This document shows positions 53,601 through 63,157 of a stretch of 64,000 bases of DNA, in pieces. How positions within the stretch are numbered: the stretch's first letter is position 1; each line of letters begins with the position of its first letter. A program made the position numbers and the translations under genes. The DNA is taken from contig NC_042997.1 in assembly GCF_006345805.1 (NCBI RefSeq), positions 43,834,001-43,898,000 on the forward strand. Reading direction: 5' to 3'. Below the pieces are notes generated by a model. It made no database searches. It saw only the letters and a program-made list of their open reading frames with translations, and was not told the DNA's origin. Source of the DNA: Octopus sinensis. Taxonomy: Eukaryota.

Positions 53601-56600
53601 GTGGATGGAAGAAACTAGAATGTCATAGGAGAGAATGTCGAAATAATCTCCACCAGACTAATTTCCCAACCAGTTTGGCTGATATCCAACGGATATTCTA
53701 AGGGTCAATGCTTTCAGAAATATGGGAATGCTGATGGAATTCTAGAGAGTTGAAACCCTGGAAAGAAGATATGGAATAGTACCGTACAATATTTGGGAGG
53801 CCTGTCTTTCTCATCCCTTAATAAGAATTTTTTTGAAGCACTCCGTCGGTTACGACGATGAGGGTTCCGGTTGATCCGAATCAACGGAACAGCCTGCTCG
53901 TGAAATTAACGTGTAAGTGGCTGAGCACTCCACAGACACGTGTACCCTTAACGTAGTTCTCGGGGATATTCAGCGTGACACAGAGAGTGACAAGGCCGGC
54001 CCTTTGAAATACAGGTACAACAGAAACAGAAACAGGAAGAAAGAGTGAGAGAAAGTTGTGGTGAAAGAGTACAGCAGGGATCACCACCTGCCGGAGCCTC
54101 GTGGAGCTTTTAGGTGTTTTCGCTCAATAAACACTCACAACGCCCGGTCTGGGAATCGAAAAGAGAATATGATACAAGAATGTTGTAAGTGGGTCTGGAT
54201 GATGCTCAAGGGATTTGGTTGTCATGTACCATTGCAGGATTTTTTCAAAGAAGATGAGTTCAAGAAAACATATCAAGTAAAGTTGCACATAGATACACAC
54301 ACAAATTTATTGAATGAATTATTTAACTTTTCTTACTTACTTTTCATTTGAAAGTAAATAAAGGGCTGTTGCCGTTCCTATGACTTCCTGCATATCTGAA
54401 CCTGAAATATTTATTAGAATCATTGATTAAATCCATTTCCATACATTTTCATAATTTACATGCAGGAACACAAGCATAGATGTATATGCAGACAAATGCA
54501 AACATACACACATACATAAATAAATGCAAACATACACACATACATAAATAAATGCATACATACACACACACACATACATAAATAAATGCATACATAAACA
54601 CACACACATACATAAATAAATGCATACATACACACACACACATACATAAATAAATGCAAACATACACACACACATACATAAATAAATGCAAACATACACA
54701 CACACATACATCTTGTATCCAGAATGAAAAAGCTGAACGAATGAAAGAATTACGACATGGTATCAAAGAATTCCCAGACCAGTTCCAAAGCATGCCAACA
54801 GATGGCAGTGCAAGGCTGTGTGTGCAATTGAGAGCTAGCATTGACCTTCATGAGGCAGTGTGCCAAGTGGCATCGTTTTTACTTTGCAACTTGTGGTTCT
54901 GCAATCATGGGTATGTCTGTAGTCTGCGATTTTTGTCATGGACAGGAAGAAGAAACAAAGAGCCAACATGAAATTTTGCGTTAAACTTGGGAAGTCTGCT
55001 ACCGATACAACTCTGAGACAAAGCAGCAGTCATCACTATGGAAGAGCCCTTCATCTCCATGACCAAAAAAGGCACAACTGAACCGCAGCTCAATCAACAG
55101 CATGGTCTTCATATTGTGCATCAAAAATTCATCCCCCAGGGTTAGACTTTCAATCGAGAGTTCTTCTGTGAAGTTTTGAAGAATTTGAGGGAGAACATTT
55201 AGCAAAAATAACCGGATCTCTGGAGGGTGAAGAATTGAATTCTTCACGGTGACAATGCACTCTGTCACTGAGCTCTCCTCACTTGTGAGTTTCTTGCCAA
55301 AAACAACATGGCATCACTCCTGCACCTGCCCTATTTGACAGATTTAGCACCAGCAGACTTCCATCTCTTCTCCAAGATGAAAATGCAGCTCAAAGGTTTT
55401 CTGTTTTAACACCATTCTTGAGATCAAGAGCGTTTCACAGAAGGTCCTTGACTCACAGAAAACGACTTCCAAGCCAGATTCCAAAAGTGGTAGGAATGCT
55501 GGAACCGGTGTATTGTTGCACACCATGACCATTTCAAAGGAGATGACATTAAAACTTAGGTAAATAAGATATTTTTTATTAAACATAACTAGTCTAAGAA
55601 CTTTTTGATACCACTTTGTATGACAAATTCAGTGATTAATTCTAGCTATTGAGGCAGAACGGACCAAAGAATATAAAGGAAACTTTACTATCATTTTCTA
55701 AATCTATGTCCTACATTATCACAATAGCAATTAATCTGTGTTTTTAAATCATGCATGAATAAACTGTGCTTATTAACATTTTATTAATTTAATAAACAAA
55801 TTTAGAACAATTAATATGCTAGACATGATGCAACAGCTTAGTAGCTCCTTTCCATTCATGTAGGAGTGATATATAAGTGGAGGCGCAATGGCCCAGTGGT
55901 TAGGGCAGTGGACTGGCAGTCGGAGGATCATGGTTTCGATTCCCAGACCAGGTGCTCTGTGTGTTTATTGAGCAAAAACACCTAAAAGCTCCACGAGGTT
56001 CCGGCAGGGGGTGGTGGTGACCCCTGTTGTACCCTTTCGCCACAACTTTCTCTCACTCTCTCTCTCCTGTTTCTTGAGTAATGCTGCGATGGACTGGTGT
56101 CCCGTCCAACTGAGGGGAACACATACACCACAGAAACCGGGAATGCGGGCCCATGCGCCTGGCTAGGCTTGAAAATGGCGACAAGAGAAGAGTAGTGATA
56201 TATGTTGCCATTCTTTTATTTTCATCACTCCAAACCCCAACAGAACAGTTTAGCTTTTGGTCTTCATGTGGCAGTGATATGAGCTTCTTTCTTCTTTCTT
56301 TTCATACCACCCTTACTCTCCAGTTTAGCTACTTATCTTCATGTAGCAGTTGACACAGACACAAGCAAAGAGTCAAAAGATGTCCCATGTTTAAATGAAA
56401 AGTGTTAATTTGATAGTTCGTTTATTCATAGTAACCTGGAAATCTGTATATTCTTTCATTCTTTTATTCGTTGCAGTCATATGGCTGCAGCCATGCTGGA
56501 GCACCGCCTTGAAGGGTTTTTAATTGAACAAATCGATCCCAGGACATTTTTTAAAGCCTAGTACTTATTCTATCAGTCTGTTTTGCTGAACCACTAAGTT

Positions 56601-58969
56601 ATGGGGATGTAAACACACCAACACCAGTTGTCAAGTGGTGATGGGGGGGACAAATACAGACACAAAGACACACACGCACACACACCACAGAATGAGATTA
56701 TTTCAGTTTCCATCTACCAAAGCCACTCACAAGGCTTTGGTTGTTCCAAGGTTTATAGTAGAAGACAATTGCCCAAGGTGCCACACAGTAGGACTGATCC
56801 TAGAACTGAGACTTTTTCAGTTCTAGACACAATATTGATGTTTCGAACTTTGCACTTAAGTGGTGTTTGAAATTTTTACACAAAGCTTAATCTAATACAG
56901 CAGACATGTATATCAGGGGACAGACTTAGCTCTGACAGATTGCATTTCTCTAAGGTAATTTTTGTGTATATTTTACCATTTGACATGAAGCCCTGTCATC
57001 TCTGAGTGGATGTTCCTCTCCATGTTTGAGCAGTGGAAAATATAAAGTGTTCAGAATTTCCATTGCCAACATACACCACTGGCTTTGATCAGGGCTGGAT
57101 TTATAGGGGTGCAGAAGGAGCAATTGCCCTAGGCATCTAGATATTGGAGGACCCTTCTAGGAAAGGTATATAGCACTCAATACAGGAAGCCCCCACCTCC
57201 CAGCAATCAAGCATGATGAGGCTCTCTTTCAATATACAAAGGTATCTTGCGCCTTCTTTAAAAATGTAAAGGATTCTCTTTTATGATTAATACCCATAGA
57301 TTTTTGCCACTTTAGAGACACCAAATAATTCAATTAAAACACAGTTTTATACCCAGTCACAAAACACAATTCCCAAGGAAATTGTATAGGCTTTTGGGAT
57401 GACAAAGAAAAGGGAAACAACAAAACACTCCTGAAACTGTATGTATGTATGCTATGTATATGTGAGTATATGTATTTGTGTAAGTATAAATGTATATAAA
57501 GATATAAAAATTGATAGAAAAATATTATTTTTATCTCTAGGTCAAACTAGGTCAAATCTTCAACGCATGATTGATCTTGACCTCGGCTTGACTAATAGCA
57601 GTTGCAGGCATGCACTCAGGCACACACACACACACACGCATGCACATGCATGCACACACACACACACACATTTCTACTTCTAAACTTGTTTCAGTGAGGA
57701 TTTGAAAACTGGTTTTATTTTACGAAGCAAGTAAGGAAGAAAACTTTTGAATTTAGTTTTGATTATAGAATCCACATCTCTCAACAGCTAAAAGCATTTG
57801 TTTTCAGCTTTAGAATAATTGCATATATATATTCAAATGTTTCATTAAATCATGCAGGTCAAACAATGATGGAAAGGCTCCCTTGTTGGTTGCATTTGTT
57901 TAGTAGATATCAATGGTCAGAGTCAGTAAACTGCTTGGAAACAGGTGAAGGTTGGTGACAGGTGGGGTGTCCTACTTTAGTAAAAATCTCCCTCAGCAAA
58001 TTTCACCTGACAAGCATGGAAAAGTGGACATCAAAATGATGATGATGGCCATATATATTTTCCAGCATGGAAAATGAACTGCTTTCCAACCACATGGTTC
58101 CAGGTTCAGTCCCACTTCATGGCACCTTGGGCAAGTGCCTTCTGCTATAGCTTCGGGCCAACTCAAGCCTTGTGAGAGGATTAGGCAGATGGAAACTGAA
58201 AGAAGCCTATCAGATGTGTGTGTGTGTGTGTTTGTCTCCCCCACCATCACTTGATGTGTTTACACTCCCGTAACTTAGCAGTTCAGCAAAACAGACCAAT
58301 AGAATAAGTACTAGGCTTACAAAGAATGGAATAAGTCCTGGGGTCAATTTGTTTGACTGAAGGCAGTGCTCCAGCATGACTGCAGTCGAATGACTGAAAC
58401 AAGTAAGAGAATAAAAGAATACACACACACACACACACACACACTCATGCAAGTGTGAAGTGTGTGCATATGTATGTGAACATCTCTCTCTGCTTGAGCA
58501 AAATGGCAATAATGCTGACAATACTTATGAGCTTTATGACTAGTCACTCTGTCATGTCAGAGATGTCTAACATAAAATCCCTTACACTTAAGAAGACAAG
58601 TAAGGAATGGCAACTGGAAGAGCATCTGGCCATAAAATCCAACTTCAAATGAATTCTAATCCAAGCAGCTAAAGATGAAAAGAGGATGAACAAACAAACA
58701 TAAAAGCATAAACTATGACAGTGTAATCGGTGTCTAGTATGGAAGTACAGAAGCGCAAGAAATATAGTGAGATCATTAATAGGCTCGTAGGCGCAGGAGT
58801 GGCTGTGTGGTAAGTAGCTTGCTTACCAACCATATGGTTGCAAGTTCAGCCCCACTGCGTGGCACCTTGGACAAGTGTCTTCTACTATAGCCTCGGGCTG
58901 ACCAAAGCCTTGTGAGTGGATTTGGTAGACGGAAACTGAAAGAAGCCCGTCGTATATATGTATGTATAC

Positions 58970-59009
<40 letters not shown>

Positions 59010-60529
59010 GTGTTTGTCCCCCCAACATCCCTTGACAACTGATGATGGTGTGTTTACGTCCCTGTAACTGAGCAGTTTGGCAAAAGAGCCAGAAGATTAT
59101 GATTGGAATGCCATTCATCAGAGATCTACTAGACTAAAAGGTGGAGGCGCAATGGCCCAGTGGTTAGGGCAGCGGACTCGCAGTCATAGGATCGCGGTTT
59201 CGATTCCCAGACCGGGCGTTGTGAGTGTTTATTGAGCGAAAACACCTAAAAAGCTCCACAAGGCTCCAGCAGGGGATGGTGGTGACCCCTGCTGTGCTCT
59301 TTCACCACAACTTTCTCTCACTCTTACTTCCTGTTTCTGTTGTACCTGTATTTCAAGGGGCCGGCCTTGTCACTCTCTGTGTCACGCTGAATATCCCTGA
59401 GAACTACGTTAAGGGTGCACGCGTCTGTGGAGTGCTCAGCCACTTACACGTTAATTTCACGAGCAGGCTGTTCCGTTGATTCGGATCAACCGGAACCCTC
59501 ATCGTCGTAACCGACGGAGTGCTTCCAAAAGAAACTTAACCAAAACCAATGTGAGAAAATAAACAATACATACATTTTAACTTTACAACAATGTTGTAAA
59601 CGTATGTTAGAATAGTTTGATGTCTAATGATAAATATTGTTATTAATATCATTAAACAATAATAACAAAGTAGAAGTTTAATATGAAAGTACATGCTTTT
59701 CTTTCTTTTACTACTATTTCAGATTAAATTACTTTCCGAATAAACTAAAGTCAAGAAAAGCAAGAGAACACGGTCAAATAAAACTTACCTATGATTGCAA
59801 TTTCGACCATAATCCATAATATCAAACGTGGTATTCGGTGGTAATATGTGTAGCAAATCTCGGCAAGGTGCATGCCTGTGACAACTCCCAGCCTTGCAGC
59901 AAGTCGTTGCATTAACAGACCAAGTATTGTTGCTGACATCAAAACCCATAGTAACTATTTGGAAATATATACAAATATATATATAAACAAAAAAAAAGTC
60001 AAGTATTATGCAAGTGTAAGGCATAAATTTTAAAAGATAAAATAAGATATTTCCCTCCATATATACGTTAAGAATGTGATGAGAAAACTCAATGGAATTT
60101 TAGCAACTGAGCACTACCCCATATTTGATACTTTTTATCTTTTTTCATATATATATATATATTTATTACACACATGTGAGTGAGAACACTTTGAGATATT
60201 TTTGGTATCTAACATATGTCAGATACTGCGAGCGCTGCTTCTGATTGGTCAATCCATGGTGATGACCCGAGGTCACAGTGACGGCACTACTTTTGTCATT
60301 CATAAGTTACAACTAAACGTGAAGAATTTAGTTATTGGGTTAATAAAATATGGTCGTTTATTCGTGTGTAATAAATAAAATACCAAACTCATTCCTTATG
60401 GATACCGTATTTATTACAACGAGTGGCTTGTAAACGTATCTAATGAGCGAAAGCGAGTTAGATACATTTACAAGCCACTCGTTGTAATAAATACGGTATC
60501 CATAGGGAATGAGTTTGGTATTCTATCTA

Positions 60530-60564
<35 letters not shown>

Positions 60565-62743
60565 TCATCATCATTTAACGTCTGCTTTCCATGCTGGCAT
60601 GGGTTGGATGATTTGATTGGGGACTGGCATGCCAGGAGGCTGCACCAGGCTCTAATCTGATCTGGCAAGATTTCTACAGCTGGATGCCCTTCCTAACACC
60701 AACCACTCCAAGAGTGTAGTGGGTGCTTTTAGATGCCACCGGCACAAGGGCCAGTTTTGCTTTACTGGCAACGGCCATGCTCAAAATGGTGTTTTTTACG
60801 TGCCACCTTGCACAGGAGTCAGTCCAGCGGGACTGGCAACAACCTCGCCCGAATATTTTGTTCATGTGCCAGTAAGGCAACGCTGGTAACGATCATGCTC
60901 AAATGGTGCTTTTCACATGCCACCGGCACAGAAGCCAGACAGCTGCTCTGGAAGTGATCCCGCTCAGATGGAGCTGTTAGTGCTCCACTGGCATGGGTGC
61001 CAGTCATCGAATTTGGTTCAATTTCGATTTCACTTGCCCCATCAGGTCTTCGCAAGCAGAGTTTAGTGTCCAATGAAGAGAGGTTGGCATAGGTGCCAGT
61101 CGTCGAATTTGGTTCGATTTCGAAATATATATATATATATACAAATTGAGATAGGGGTTGTAAATGCAACCCTCCATGGGATAACATATATCCAATATAC
61201 TGCTAGTGATGTACCCAACAAAGTTAATACATAAATGTTAATGATTGCGATGCAATCAATTAATTTACTGTATTATATGGGCAAAGGTAAAATGATTTAC
61301 CACAAAATAATAATACAAGAAAAGAAAATGGAGAAATACATCTAAATCAAATATCAATTACCAGATGAGTATTATCTGGTAATTGATATTTGATTTAGAT
61401 GTATTTCTCCATTTTCTTATCTTGTATATATATATATATATAAATAACTTCTACAGGGAAAATGCTTGCAATGACTTCAAAGTTTCAGCTTGCTTCCTTC
61501 ATTAGACAATGGTTTATTTTGGTTCTTTCTGATTTCATATAATCTTTGACAAGTTGGTTTTTCAGTAGGTGGAGTAGTGTGAATGATAGTTATGTGTAGC
61601 GTAGATAGGCAGGGAAAGTATTTGTATAGGAAGGGAAGTGACTGGAGGAGAATAGGAAAAAAGTATGTGTTTGTGGATTGATAGAAAGGTATGGTGAAGA
61701 GATTTATTTTGGTTTGATATGGAAATTTTATCGTTTAGGGTGAATTTCCTATACTATGTATTGTGAAGTGAAGAATACACAGAATCTAACATTATTATTA
61801 ATAATAATAATAATAATATTAGTGATAATTAAATATTATATGTGTACTCATGGATATGGATGTATATGTACGCTCCAGTATATATATATAATTAATTGTC
61901 TATATGCTTGTACGTATGTTTAATTATGTCTTTTTATATATTTATGTACATGTATATGTGTATATATTTGCTTGTATATGTATATGTATATATATATATT
62001 AAATTGTGTATGTATCTTGTTTTATGTATATATTTATATTTTGAATATACTTTATAATCTCTGACAAAGCCTATGTATATATATATAAGTACCTCATTTT
62101 TAACTGCCTACCACCTCAATACAGTTGACATGAATAGGTACAAATTGCTTTTTTCCATAGGCTGAAACAGCTTTAAGTGATTTTAATCATTTATATTAAT
62201 GTTTCTTTTAATAACTACTTGTATTCTTATCTTATATGCATTGAATTTTATACTGTATATATATATATATATATGTATGTTATTATGGTTGTCGTTTTGA
62301 AAAATAAATAAGTGAACATTCTAATATCCTAAAGCTGATAAACCAACTAATGTGTTTCTCCATTTTCTTATTTGTAATATATATATATATATATATATCG
62401 AAATCGAATTGAACCAGCCAGGATCCCTGGTCTGGTGGTACGTAAAAAGCACTATCCGACTCGTGGCCGATGCCAGCACCGCCTCGACTGGCTTCCGTGC
62501 CGGTGGCACATAAAATACACCAATCTGACCGTGGCCGTTGCCAGCCCCGCCTGGCACCTGTGCAGGTGGCACGTAAAAAGCACCCACTACTCACGGAGTG
62601 GTTGGCGTTAGGAAGGCATCCAGCTGTAGAAACATTGCCAATTAGACTGGAGCCTGGTGCAGCCTTCTGCTTCCCAGAACCCCGGTCGAACTCCAACCCA
62701 TGCTAGCATGGAAACGATTAAACGACGATGATGACGATGATGA

Positions 62744-62774
<31 letters not shown>

Positions 62775-63118
62775 TTTAAATAGGATAAAATCTTTATAAG
62801 AAATTATCAAGTAGTTAGCGTGAAAAACCTCGTAAGAGAAAAATTCTGTAAATTTTTCCAACTTTGAAAATACTTATTTATATTATATAGAGGGTACTAT
62901 TATTCATAGGTACCGCACGCTAGGAGGGACTTTGCAGTCAAAACTACTAAAATAAACAAATTGTACCGAATGCAAAACTTCAAAGCGAGTCATTTAAAAA
63001 CATGACTCGCTTTGAAGTTTTGCATTCGGTACAATTTATTTATTTTAGTAGTTTTGACTGCAAAAGTCCCTCCTAGCGTGCGGTACCTATGAATAATAGT
63101 ACCCTCTATATAATATAA

Positions 63119-63157
<39 letters not shown>

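Noticed and set aside
54427-54841. Repetitive Cys/Met/Val ORFs
   Set aside because: Minisatellite translation, open in several frames
59142-59215. tRNA-like sequences (also 41961, 55878, 37863)
   Set aside because: They run directly into SINE bodies and lack a closed acceptor stem; SINE heads, not tRNA genes
61465-61515. Minus-strand CTAATGA...GAAAC...GTC
   Set aside because: Core mutated, and stems I and II do not pair
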